DNA of 64,000 nucleotides from Octopus sinensis (Eukaryota), in NCBI RefSeq assembly GCF_006345805.1, contig NC_042998.1:191208001-191272000 (forward strand). Reading direction: 5' to 3'. This document shows positions 39,785 to 52,960 of the stretch, in pieces. Each line of letters opens with the position of its first letter. The stretch's first letter is position 1. The notes below the pieces were generated by a model. The model saw only the letters and a program-made list of their open reading frames with translations. It ran no database searches and was not told where the DNA came from. The translations under genes were made by a program, and so were the position numbers.

Positions 39785-39981
39785 GCAAGACAAGATAATT
39801 ATTTTTGTTTACGTCGAAATTTTATTACCTATATACCACATACTTCATTTTTATAATTAATGACATGCATTGTATCTTCGTATCTCTCAGGCAACCTAGA
39901 CACACACAGAGACGCACAGACACAGACACACAGACACACAGACACACACACACACACACACAACACACACACACACACACA

Positions 39982-40028
<47 letters not shown>

Positions 40029-40500
40029 AAATCAATGTTTGAACAAATGTGAATGGTAAATGATAGTATTTAAATCTACATAGTTTTTGATTTATATGTA
40101 CTGTCATTTTGCTTGTGGTTGGAATTGATGTCATGAAACATTATATATAAACGGCCTTCATATATTTACTTATCTTTATCCATTGTATGTACTGTCTATT
40201 ACAAGGTAGTGATTTTGCGGAAAAAATATATTCCAAATCATATCACATTAGAAACACAACGGAACATAAGAAGCCATTTTTAAAAACAGAAAATCACATT
40301 GAATTATGTAATTCTAGATACATTGTCATCTGAAAATAAACTAGGACTGTCGTTGTTGGAAAGATGTGTTGATAGGAATATCAGAAGTGAGCTGGGGCTA
40401 AAACAACAACAATAACAACACAACAACAAAGACAAGAGCAGCAACAACAACATATTGTGTAAATAAAGTTTCGACAGTTATTGATTGTTTACCGTGTGTT

Positions 40501-40652
40501 CAGGCACGGCCGTATGGTAAGAGGTTGGCTTCCCAACCATTGGTTCCAGATTCAGTTCCAGTATATGGCACGTTGGGCAAATGCTTTTTGCTATAACCAC
40601 GAGCCAACGAAAACCTTATGAGTGAGCGGAAACTTAAAGAAGCCCATCGTGT
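40501..40652 (+). mobile_element. SINE group B, old 5' half
   Basis: GGCCGTATGGTAAG...TTGGGCAAATG...GGAAACTTAAAGAAGCCC. Confidence 0.7.
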
Positions 40653-40837
40653 GTATACATACACATCATCCAAGGAAAGTCCTTGGATAATTGATACAGC
40701 AACTGTAACTTCCTACATATATATTTATTTTTATTTTTATCCTCTTATTTCCCTTTATACTTCCTATATCCATCCTCTTCCAAAATAACTCCTTAGATTG
40801 AACTCTACCATTTCCCTGTATTTAACTATTTCATATC

Positions 40838-40885
40838 GTTTCTGATGAATGGATATCCCTAACATCCCAGAAACAGCCGTAGGAT
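40838..40885 (+). ncRNA. Minimal hammerhead-like motif
   Basis: CUGAUGA (40842-48), A-UGGAU...AUCCCA, GAAA (40870-73), CAGCCG, UA. Helix III is one base from the palindrome CAGCUG. Confidence 0.45.
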
Positions 40886-41132
40886 TAATTCTCTCTTTGT
40901 AAATGTCCTAAAAATTCCACACAACCTTTGCTTTGTTGTCTCATTTTATTTAACAATACATGCTCACACAAGACCCACATTAGACTCCTCATCTGTTTTA
41001 TTATCGACCCGAGTGTCTAACTACGGTCCTTCCGTAGTACTTACATAGCGTTACCTGCCATTTTGGGTCTTCTGGATACCAATACCAATACTCCTTCTAC
41101 TCGGAAGAGTATCCGTGCCGGTCGATCATATA

Positions 41133-41486
41133 TGGAATGGAAGCACTCCGTCGGTTACGACGACGAGGGTTCCGGTTGATCCGATCAACGGAACAGCCTG
41201 CTCGTGAAATTAACGTGTACCCTTAACGCAGTTCTCGGGGATATTCAGCGCGACACAGAGAGTGACAAGGCTGGCCCTTTGAATTACAGGTACAACAGAA
41301 ACAGGAAGTAAGAGTGAGAGAAAGTTGTGGTGAAAGAGTACAGCAGGGATCACCACCATCCCTGCCGGAGCCTCGTGGAGCTTTAGGTGTTTTCGCTCAA
41401 TAAACACTCACAGCGGCGCCCGGTCTGGGAATCGAAACCGCGATCCTACGACCGCGAGTCCGCTCCCCTAACCATTGCGCCTCCAC
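41133..41486 (-). mobile_element. SINE group C (tRNA-headed) with a 13-bp TSD
   Basis: Minus-strand head GTGGAGGCGCAATGG...GGTTTCGATTCCC and a (TTCCA)2 tail. GGTCGATCATATA is duplicated at 41120-41132 and 41487-41499. Confidence 0.92.
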
Positions 41487-41740
41487 GGTCGATCATATAA
41501 TAATATAAATAAATAATATATCTATATGCATATAAACATACGTATATGTACATACATCTATACGTAGATACATATGCATATGTAGGCATAGGACGGCAGG
41601 AAACGTGTACAACAAAAAATACCAAGTACAAGTACATGGGATATGAACGATTTTTTTCGAACACCAGTAAGAATGGGGTTGATATAATCGGCTAACTCCT
41701 TCCTTAGATTTCAACCCTTGTAGCTATGTTAGAAATAAAT

Positions 41741-42325
41741 ATTCTTTTCTACTCTAGGTACAAGGTCCGAAATTTTTGGGAGGTGGCTCAGTTGGTTAGA
41801 TCGACACCAGTACGCTACTGGTACTTAATTTGTCGACCCCGAAGGATAAAAGGCAAAGTCGACCTTGTGGGAATTTCAACTTAGAACGTAAAGCCAGACG
41901 AAATACCTATTTTTTTTATTACCCACAAGGGGTTAAACATAGAGGGGACAAACAAGGACAAACAAAGGTATTAAGTCGATTACATTGACCCCAGTGTGTA
42001 ACTGGTACTTAATTTATCGACCCCGAAAGGATGAAAGGCAAAGTCGACCTCGGCGGAATTTGAACTCAGAATCTAGCGGCAGACGAAATACCTATTTCTT
42101 TACTACCCACATGAGGCTAAACATAGAGGGGACAAACAAGGACAGACAAAGGTATTAAGTCGATTACATTGACCTCAGTGCGTAACTGGTACTTAATTTA
42201 TCGACCCCGAAATGATGAAAGGAAAAGTCGACCTTGTCGTAATTTGATCTTCGAACGTAAAGACAGACGAAATACCGCTAAGCATTTCGCCCGGCGTGCT
42301 AATGTTTCTGCCAGCTCGCCGCCTT
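41741..42325 (-). mobile_element. SINE group A concatemer: head, two A bodies and a third body with an alternative tail
   Basis: GACGAAATA|CC junctions at 41905/6, 42090/1 and 42274/5 (periods 185 and 184). The head is at 42275-42325. Confidence 0.9.
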
Positions 42326-43666
42326 AGTTAGAAATGAATATTACACAAAACCAACAATAGTGATTTACTTTGTTACCCTACGTGATAAAAATAACGGATA
42401 CGACTCCTTAGAATACAATACTATCTTACAGTTTTGCTCTCTAAGACAAGAAATATTAGAAAGGGTAAACAAATCTTACAAAGATGGGATGATCACGTTA
42501 GAACGTATTTAGGCAAAATCTGGGCTAACATAGCTTAACAACAGCAGCACTTTCATACTGGAATGGGTGTTAGTGAAAAGGTAGAATTGCTATAGTGCTG
42601 GATGTTGTGGTATCAAATCACAGCCTTTCATTGTTTGACTATAAATCTCAACTTAGAAATCAAGTGATACTATTTTCATCGAACCAGAAACGGCTCAATC
42701 AATGAAAGAAACAATCAATGACAGAGCTCTATCTTTAAAATTTAGTTTAAGACAATGTGCTAATATGGAAAACATTGCACTGGAATTGCCTTGTTATTGT
42801 TAAAGATTATCAATATTCCCGAAAATTTTTATGGATACATCTCAACAAATGTAGAAATGCCTTTGTTATATTCAGGACTGATATGGATAATTTTATTGTA
42901 ATAATTGCTTTAGGCATATCAATAAATTCTATCATTTACGAAGGTTTTATTAGATTTATCTGTTTACATTTATGCAGATTACGTTACGCTCATCTAAATT
43001 AATGATGGTGAGGTTAAAATGTTTGCTACGCAGCCCCGTATTGTCCTATTTAGTTTCATTGCGCAGAAATTTGTTGAAATGATTTTACGTGGCTCCTGGG
43101 CAGAACGATAATCTGTTAGTGAATTTGGTCGAAGAAAAATGTGCGGAAGCCGTCATAGTGTGTGTTGTGTGTATGTGCATATTAGCATGTGTGTGTGTTT
43201 TGTGTGTATGTGTGTGTGAATATGTGTATGTGTACGCTTGTTTATTTTTGTCTCTCACCGCTTCACAGATGGTGTAAATTTGTTTACCCGAATTTTAGAT
43301 GTTCGGCAAAGAGATTGATAGAATAAGTAACAAACTTAAAATAATTACTGGCATCGATATGATAAAAAAAAATTCTAGATGGTGTTACAGACAAAAGTCT
43401 GAAATAATTAAAAAAAGAAATACATGAACTATATTAACTTGCGTGAATTAGGTTTACCAGTAAATTCTAAAATGTAATCTATTAATATCAACATGTGTAC
43501 CAGGTTTATTTAGGTATTGTATGTTGCAGTTATTAGTTACTAAAGTTATAAAATATGTTAGGTTTAGCTAGGAATTCTAGCAGTTAGGTAGAGCACTTAT
43601 TTTCTGCAGGTTTATATATTAATACTGAAATTTATATAGAGTGTGTTAGGTTTTTTCTATTAATCC

Positions 43667-43797
43667 GAGTGGCTGTATGGTTCTGGGTTCAGTCCCACTG
43701 CGTGGCACCTTGGGCAAGTGTCTTCTACTATAGCCTCGGGCCGACCAAAGCCTTGTGAGCGGATTTGATAGACGGAAACTGAAAGAAGCCCGTCGTA

Positions 43798-43840
<43 letters not shown>

Positions 43841-44043
43841 CTGTCTTTGTCTCTCCAACATCGCTTGACAACCGATGCTGGTGTGTTTAGGTCCCCGTAA
43901 CTTAGCAGTTCGGCAAAAGAGACCGATAGAATAAGTACTAGGCTTACAAAGAATAAGTCCTGGGCTCGAATTGCTCGGCTAAAGGCGGTTCTCCAGCATG
44001 GCTACAGTCAAATGACTGAAACAAGTAACAGAGTAAAAGAGTA
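43667..44043 (+). mobile_element. SINE group B with a head deletion
   Basis: High similarity to 38588-38986. Confidence 0.92.
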
Positions 44044-47000
44044 ATCGTGGAGTGATTTATTTATTTAACATCACACCATTATAGTGATTAGACAAACAAT
44101 GCAGAAGTCGTTTTAGTAGACAACAGAGTTTGACTTATCCAAAAATAAATGCTTTCACAAACACCTCAAACAAGTGGTTACCGTTGTAATTGTTAAACTC
44201 CAGCTCCACTCTAATCAAGTATGATCAATGATTTTACAGCATTGGCCATCTTGTTTTTTGTTTTAGTAAAAGCATGGACGTTACAATCAATGTGGTTTGA
44301 AGGAAAAGTTGTCGTTATTTCTATCAAATCGCTGACCACGTACTGGTTCTTTTGCGGTTCTAGTGTTGGTATTTTATACTATCTCTACTGTTACATATAA
44401 CCTACTTAACAAAAAATTAAATACTTATGCAACTCTGTTAATGTAATAACACTATAAAATATTCATATGAAAAAAGTCATTAATGCTACTTGATGATAGG
44501 AAAAAAAAATCAATCTATCAGTCAGAATCGATGAATAAATAGATAGATTGATTGATTGGTAGTACGCTTATATGTAGGTAGGCTTATAATCGGCTTAAGA
44601 ACTGAATGTTGCAAAACATGTGTAATAATTCTGGTTTCTTAAAAAAATATATATAACTATATTTCTTTTTTATTTTATTTATCAAGGAGATCTTACATTT
44701 ACCGATTCTACCAATCTGACAATTTATGTTTTTTAATTGTTTAGAAAACAAATTTTATTCTACTTTATTTGTTTTCCTTTTGAGAGAATATCTATACGTT
44801 CTCCCTGCATCAATAACCATTTCTTTGCGTCAGCTTGTTATAAAAATTTGGAACTGTTTATGTTTCTATTTGTAGTTTTTTCGACCCCTAAATATCTAAT
44901 GGTCTTTTCTCATTTTCATTAGTCCCCATCTTGTTCCCTCTGTTTACACCGCACATTGCTTTATCTTGCTCTTTATATTGATTTGTCCGTAAATGTATTA
45001 CATTTAGCTGCGCACATATTCACATATTTTTAGTCTCCCTGCCAATACTTTGTAGTTTTCTACTTTCTTATAGCTTCTATTCTCTTCTCTCTTCTATTAG
45101 TTTTCCTGCTTCATCTATTTCTTCCTCAATACGCTGCATATTCTATCATACTTTAAAGTATTACATTCCTACACATTCATTTTCCTTTTATTCGAAGTAT
45201 GAAACATTTTTTTTCTCCTTTGTTTGTTTCGAACCGATTTCGAAAACAGCATACACAGAAAAAATAAAAACGAAAACAAAAAGCGAGGTAAAACTGTTGG
45301 TGGCGCCACCTGTCCGCCACAGAGCAAAAAATCAATGATGATGCTGATAAAAGTTAAAGGATGAAGTGTGTGTTCGGCTGCACTGCATTTGGTAATGCAG
45401 AAGAGCAAATCGTGTGAGTTAGAGAAGCTTACATGTATTTAGAGAGATAAATATTGATAGAAAAGGGAAAGGAGTAAATAACAGCTAGAGATGCAAGGGA
45501 GTAAATATTGAGAGGAAAAAGAAAGACACATAAATAGTGCTTATAAGTAGAAAGATAACAACAGACAGAAAACATAATGTACATTAGCAGAAAAAAAAGA
45601 CAAAAAACATTGCAAGTACATTGAAAAATCAAAGATACTAGCAGTAGCAGCAGAAACGAAATAGTAAATGAAAGATTTAAAAATTGTGAAAAATGCGACT
45701 GAGAAATACTTTTGTATATAAAATATATGATACAGAAGTCTATACTGAATACAGAGTCGTGTTATATAAAGAAATATATAATACCCATAAAAAGGGAGCA
45801 AAGAAATAGGTTGTAACTACATAAATCAGAGGATATAAGTCAAAATGTATGTACTATTTTATAATTTAATAAAACAGAAATGACGTGCTTATTGTATAAC
45901 AATTTATGTCACTTGTACAATATATTTTTACGCCTTAATATTGTTAGTACTTATGTTTTTGTCAGAGAACTTTTCGATTTCAATAATTCTCTGTGAATTT
46001 TTGTTTTTGAAAGAATTGTCCCTGATATTGTCGCGGAAAGAGAACAGTCAATTCATTATCTTATTGAGCAATACATCATAGAAACTTCTGTCTTCTAAAT
46101 GCTTATATGCCTGTGTGGAATGCGTCATACCGCAGCGTAAACAAAACAGACAGTTAGCAAAGTATTATGTTTATAATTATTTTATAAATTCATTAGTTAT
46201 AATTATTGGTTTTAGTATTTCTGATCATAGCAAAAAGTGTTAGATAATTTAGATAATTTTAGAGTCGACATCAAGTTGCATTATTGGCATTGTTTATCCT
46301 GAGAGTAACTGTAAATTGAACTGCCTCCAGAAGTATGTTGTACAAATATGTAATATTCCTAGCTTTTCCTTAATGAATATATTGAGTTTTGTGAATATAT
46401 ATGAGTCTGAAGTGATGGTTGACAGAAAAAGAGAATAAGAAGCAGAGAAAAGTAAAGCACAATCTTTAACATCTAACGTAGCCAGCTACGTATCAATGAA
46501 GTAAAACCTTGATAAATAAATATTTGAAATAAAACTTTATATAAATACAAGCACGATTCAATTAGTATCGTAGAACAAATTGGGAATGAAAGAAAGTTGG
46601 GAAAACATGAACAAGTCTATAGAAATAGCTACCAGAAATTGATTATTCTATGCGTAGTATTAAAAATAGCATTTCAGGAGAAATTCATGTAAAATAGAAG
46701 GGTGATAGAGTGATACATGTGTTAATTATTTATTTCTAAAACAGTATATTCAAGCAAGAAAACAAGATTGTTGATATCATTACGGTTTATTGAACTATGT
46801 GACGTTGCACCATGAACGTATGGGGTTCAGCTTTGAGGCAGGCCTAAGAAGTAGAAATGATGAAAAGCGTACGAGATGTGGCCATGAACCTCTTTTTGTC
46901 TACCAGAAATAAAACTCATTATTGTGTTTATCTTTATTGTCAGAGGGTGAGTTATTTGAAGAAAATTTGAATTTTATTCCTTGTCGAGGGAACGGCTATA

Positions 47001-47504
47001 CACATTCTTGCAGTCAATTTGATCGCTAGTTATAACAGATTTTTGTAATTTGTTATAGGAGAGAAGTGGTAGAGCGAAGTAGTAAGCATAAAGCGAAGGG
47101 GAACAAATGTTTGCACGGAGTGGCCAAAGAAGGCAATTGACTACTCATTTGGTAAATACTTGCTCCCTCTTTTCTCTCTTTCGTTTTGTTTACAACTTCC
47201 AGAATATATCAAAACTTCCCTCATTTGTTATCCTCTCCTCATGTTTACCTCCCTTCAAATTACACTATACTCTCAGTCCCACAGAAAATTGATTTTATAT
47301 ATAGAAAACATTGATCGTCTCAAACAGTATTTTGCGAAGCCTATATCGGGATAATTCAAAGCAATTACCATTGAAAATGTTATTTTAACTACACCTGTAT
47401 TGGATCCTTTAGTCGGTGCATGATTTGTGTAATGAATTTTACAAGCTCATAAATCAAGTGAAAGACAACATGCACACGTATTGCATACATATGTACTTAC
47501 ATAC

Positions 47505-47595
47505 ATATGTATGTACGTATGTATGTATGTATGTATGGATGTATGTATGTATGTATGTATGTATGTATGTATGTATGTATGTATGTATGTATGTA
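47505..47595. repeat. (TATG)n microsatellite
   Basis: Read directly. Confidence 0.95.
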
Positions 47596-48005
47596 GGCGG
47601 GTGATTGCACATTTTGGTCTAGAAAATTAAAGGCAGTTAAGTCTGTTAAGTTGTTATTATTTGTTATTGCTAAGAATAATAATCACAGATAATATTGTAG
47701 CAATGGAAATATTTTCCAGTTACGTTTAGATGTTTATCAACGAGTAAGAAGAAATGCAAGATGGAATGCCACTCTAACTAGTTCGAAGATGACATAATGA
47801 TAGTTATACCAATCAAACAACTGTGGCGTAATGACAGTTGCTTAGCGTAAAGGGGACAGATCGATTATGTCATTAATTCAGCAGAAAACTACTGATTCTT
47901 ATCTAAGAACTACACCAGATAAGTATAGGTAATTAGTAGGAAATAACAAAAATATTGATTTCAGAGGACAGCCATTGCAAGCGGGATAAAACATGGCAAT
48001 TTAAA

Positions 48006-48215
48006 ATTGATTTCTCAACATAAGAACACAGCCTCAAAATCAGAGACGTGGTATATTTGATTAAATTAACTTCAGTGCTTGACTGGTTCTTTATTTTATC
48101 GTCCCTGTTTGGATGAGAAGCTAACTTGATCACGATTGGCTTTGAAATCAGAACGTAAATGTATACAACTTAATACCGCAAAGCATTTTACCCGTCTTGC
48201 TATCGAATATGATAA
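48006..48215 (-). mobile_element. SINE group A', old and diverged
   Basis: TCAGAACGTAA, ATACCGCAAAGCATTTTACCCG and ACTGGTTCTTTATTTTATCG resemble the reverse complement of group A/A'. Confidence 0.6.
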
Positions 48216-48500
48216 TCCCCCTACAAGACAGGTTTTCTATATAATATTGTTGCTTTCTAATATTATCACAAAATTGCAGTTTTGCGAGTGTGAGTATACT
48301 TGGTTAGATTGATATCAGCATTAGGTGGTACGTTATTTTTTACAATTTCACAAAGAAGAAATGCAAACTAGATATTGGCGAGATTTGAAAGCAACCAGCA
48401 TGGAAATAACCATTACTAAATACCACAATACGTTTTCTCTGATGCTCTACAGATTACGCTAATCCACTGCCGGATAGTTATTCACTATCAACTCTACATA

Positions 48501-48718
48501 AAGCAGTGAGCTGGCAGAATCATTAGCACTCAGGGTAAAATGCTTAGCAGCATTTCGTCCTTCTTTTCGCTCTCAGTTCAAATTTCACAGAGGACGACTT
48601 TGCCTTTCATTCTTTCGGGGTCGATAAAATAAGTACTAGTTGAACACTGGGGTCGATGTAATCGACTTATCTATTCCCACGAAACGCCCGCCTTGTACCA
48701 AAATTTGAAACCAATATT
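48501..48718 (+). mobile_element. SINE group A'
   Basis: GAGCTGGCAGAATC head, CGACTTTGCCTTTCATTCTTTCGGGGTCGATAAAATAAGTAC core and CCAAAATTTGAAACC tail. Confidence 0.88.
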
Positions 48719-49689
48719 AATTCTAAATAATATGTTCAACTTGGCTGTATAAGGATTTGAATTATATTTTTTTAACTCTAGATGATACACTTAAAAACCA
48801 TGAATCTCGATTTCTTTCCTTTTGGGATTCATCCGCCTTTGGCTGGGTTAAAACCATGCCTGCTATGTTAACTCTGTGACTATTCTTAGATCAAGAGAGT
48901 TACTCATATGTGAATAGCCTGATTGAATAGTGAGCAACGAAAGTTGATTTTAAGGAAAATAGTAAAACTAACGTTTAGGGTTATGACCAATGGGTTTTAG
49001 CCGAAATTTCTATTCCTCATGGATAATGTTTAGTGACTCAGAAAAATACTATCGTTGTTTAACCTGTAACCATTATTTGTAAACACAAGAGAGCTATTTA
49101 CGATATTTGAGTCGTCAGATGATGATGATGATGGCGATGAGGACGACGACGACGACGATGACTTCAATGACGACGACTTCGAAGATGACGACGATGACGA
49201 TAATAATGATACTTTCAAAAATAAGCAGAAGAAGAAGAGCAATAACAACGAAGGTAGCAAAAGATTTATAACATATCCACATGGCCAATATAAGATTATG
49301 GGTTATCCTGTAGAATCTGATATAGAAGTATAAAAACTTGCTAGATAACCAAGAAAACTGCAGGACATGTGAGTGATATCATCTCGGTCGTTTTGAGAAC
49401 ATTGGCAACCATTATTACAATAATTTTTCAAGAGACTGCATAGATGAGAATTGACAACGGTTTTGATAGAAAAGTAGAAACGTTGTCAGCGACAATCCTT
49501 CGCTGAATATTGAATATGGAAGAAACCTGTTGATGTCAAGTCTCAAGACATGGCTCAGTTGACGTTATCAACGAAGTAATCTGCAAATATTCCAGAAATG
49601 TATTGGGCTATAATACATCGAAAACAAGAATTTTCCTTTTTTCCCATTTACAAAGAAACACGGGATCTCTTACTATTCTCATGTTCTTA

Positions 49690-49835
49690 GTTATTGTTGT
49701 TGTTGTTATTATTGTTGTTAGTATTGTTATTGTTGTTGTTATTGTTGTTATTATTATCATTATTACTGTTATTGTTATTGTTCTTATTATTATTGCTATT
49801 GTTATTATTATTATTATCATCATTATTATCATTCA
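49690..49835. repeat. (TTA/TTG)n trinucleotide tract
   Basis: Read directly. Confidence 0.9.
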
Positions 49836-50059
49836 GTAGTTTTATTTTTATAGCGTGCTTTCACTTCACTACCGAGCGCAGCTCTGTGTGCCTTAGGTAT
49901 GTGCTGTGATTTGTTGTGATGCTTTGATGGTTATTGTATGGAAAGTGTTCTGCGTAGGATGTGTGCAGTGCCTAGTAGTGCAATTTTCTGTATGTTATAT
50001 GTGTTTGTAAGTCCTGGTGTTTTTGTTATGTATTTGTCTGAATGATGTCCGAAATGATT

Positions 50060-50067
50060 ATTATTAA

Positions 50068-50104
<37 letters not shown>

Positions 50105-50230
50105 GTCATTATTATTGCTATTATTTTTGTTGTTGTTCTTGTTGTTGTTCTTCTTTTTCTTCTTCTTCTCCTTCTTCTTCTTCTTCTTCTTCTTCTTCTT
50201 CTCCGGACTATCATTATTATTATTATCATT
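50060..50230. repeat. (TAT)n/(TTG)n/(TTC)n trinucleotide tract
   Basis: Read directly. Confidence 0.9.
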
Positions 50231-50445
50231 AAGGCGGCGAGCTGGCAGAGTCGTTAGCATACCGGGAATGATTCTTAGCGGCATGTCGTCAGTCTTTACG
50301 TTCACGTTCTCAGTTCAAATTCTACCGAAATCGACTTTGCATTTCATCCTTTCGGAGTCAATAAAATAAACACTCGTTGAGCACTGGGGTCGATATAATT
50401 CACTTAGCACCTCTCACCCACCTGAAATTACTGGCCTTTGAAATC
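50231..50445 (+). mobile_element. SINE group A'
   Basis: AAGGCGGCGAGCTGGCAGAGTCG head and CGACTTTGCATTTCATCCTTTCGG core. Confidence 0.85.
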
Positions 50446-52008
50446 ATAATTATTACCATTGTTGTTGCTGCTGTTTATGTCGTTGTTGTTTTCTGATGCT
50501 GTTTTTGTGGCTGTTGTACTTGTTTTTGTGGTTGCTGGTTATGCGATCGTCGGAATTTCTACGTTTGATATATGTTGAAATCTGGTGGTGGGTAAAAGCG
50601 AGCCTCGAACCTAATTTATTTGGCATTATAGAAAGCCAAAAGACGTATTTGTTAGAGCTTGGTAAAATAAGCCTTACAGTATTTGTTCCGACACCTGAGA
50701 TCAACTCCCAAAACGTCTACTTTACCTTTCATCCTTCAGCTGACGATAATATAAAGGATCAATTAATAAATAAAATAAATAATCTAGTTCTGTACTGAAA
50801 TTAATATCACCTAGTATCCTCCTATAAAAAATTTTGAGGAGTCGTACATATGTTAGAAATCATTAGTATTTGGTATTGTATTTAACCTCCAAGTCTGTAA
50901 TATCGAAGTCAGTGCAACAATACAAAATAAATACAATATGTTTATAACAATTTTTCTACCTGTACATCACATGCTACATGACTTGATCTTATTGACTACA
51001 ATACATTTTTATTATGGAAAATTTTTGTTTTGTTGTGGTACTTTTATTTTTACATTCCAAGAAGAATGGTTCATAAAAATTGTAAATCTAGCGTTGAATA
51101 TCATATTGCTGTCGGAGCAGTGGACAATATGTGATCAATGGAAAACAAATAGAAAGAAGGAGAGATTAATTTCAATGCATCTCAATATGTTAAAGCAGTA
51201 TAGAATGAAATAAGGAACCATTCTTTTCTGAAAGCAACTTTGCAAATGTATTCATATGTAAATATTATTACGTCTTTACTGTTGTCTTCTCTAAAACGGT
51301 TTTCCATTTCTTCGCAAATTCAACAAAACACAAACTGTGTATATTCTAGTAAGAGAAAATTCAATAATATTGCTTTTGTAATTTTCTTTTTCTTAAAAGA
51401 TGCATAACAAGACAAATCTGATGTTTATTGATTATACAAGACATTAAACATGGGTTTGTGATCTGACTGTTATTTTGTACACAAGCAAGATGCGAAGCAA
51501 TTAAATTATATCAGATGAAAGTTCATGCCTGACCTGAATTTAGGTTTTGTGGTTGTGTAGATAATTTACTGAGTACATATATATTATGACCGATGTTGTG
51601 TTCTGTTTATTTTAAATCTATAGGGATAAAGTATAACAAGGAACAACAGAAGAAAATACAAACCTAAGCATGATTTTTGCCTACTTCCAAACTGTTTTAA
51701 TTTCTACTTGTCTATGAATAAGAATCCATACAAGAGATCAATATGATTACAAATATGCCTTCAACACAATGAAGCGAAGAACATATTTCTAATCTGATTT
51801 TACGTCAGTTATGTATCATTTATGTATCAATTCGATTAGAGAACTAATCTATAAAATTTATATATGCATAACAAAGAAACAAAAAAAGACCTGTTTCAAC
51901 CAATTCAATAAGGTCAAAGAATGCATAATGCATATTTCAACTGACTTGCACGATCCAAAATCTGTGCATATATGCTACCATAATGCATATATGCATGCAT
52001 GTATGTAC

Positions 52009-52180
52009 GTATGAATGTATTTATGTCTCTAGGTATGCATGTATGTAATGCATACCTACATACACACATACATACATTATATGAATACATACACAAATGC
52101 ACACATATATGTATATGTACATATATTATATATTACTATGCTATTATATGTAGTGTTCATACCTGAACACTGTGACTTTC
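52009..52180 (+). repeat. Direct repeat of about 172 bp, copy 1
   Basis: Matches 54110-54282, including non-microsatellite sequence (TATTACTATGCTATTATATGTAG...GTTCATA...CTGTGAC). Confidence 0.85.
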
Positions 52181-52960
52181 ACTTGGATGTTATTTTACGA
52201 TTGGATCGTATATAATATTTGACTTTTAAATTTAGTAGGCAACGCTTTTAATTCAATGTTTTGTATTTTGAATTTATTATGCCATTGCAAGAATTAGAAA
52301 GAAAGATTCCCTTTCACTTGTTAACTTAAAATATCATTGTTCTGATTCTAGTAAGGAAACTTTGATTGTGGATTTTGTTTCATATATCACCTCAAAATTG
52401 TTAGGAATTGACCATTTTAATTGTTGACTTGAAAATACTCAGTTATTGTGTGAGATTTCAATCATCTATTCTTTTATCGACCGAATTGGCATTGAATCAT
52501 TCTGGATATATTTATCTACTAATCATGTGATTGCACATAAACAGGCATTGCAGAAAATTTCATCTTCGATATACATTATGAATGAAGTTCAAGTGAAGAA
52601 ATCAAATATAACATCATCTAAATAACATGTGCATTCTATTTAAAAATGTATATACTCTTGAGAACAGTAAGCAAATATGAAATCATAATTGAATTAGAGA
52701 AAGTAAATATATCTTACCCTCTTGTTCAGATCTTAATTTCATATTTAAATTGTGAATAGTGGCAGTAGATTTTTAAAAAGAAGACACACATAGTAAAAAT
52801 GTGAGAACAAAAGAGGGAATGAAGAAGTAACATTAAAACTACATGCCAGAAATCAAACATATATTTAACAATCATAAGAACAAAAATGAAGAGTATGAAC
52901 ATGAAAGTAACTGGATTGATGTGTGAATGGATGAAGTAAATATATATAAAATTCTTAAAC

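Noticed and set aside
49585-49630. ATGTATT/AATACAT stem followed by CGAAA as a hammerhead
   Set aside because: There is no recognisable CUGANGA box and no UH site.
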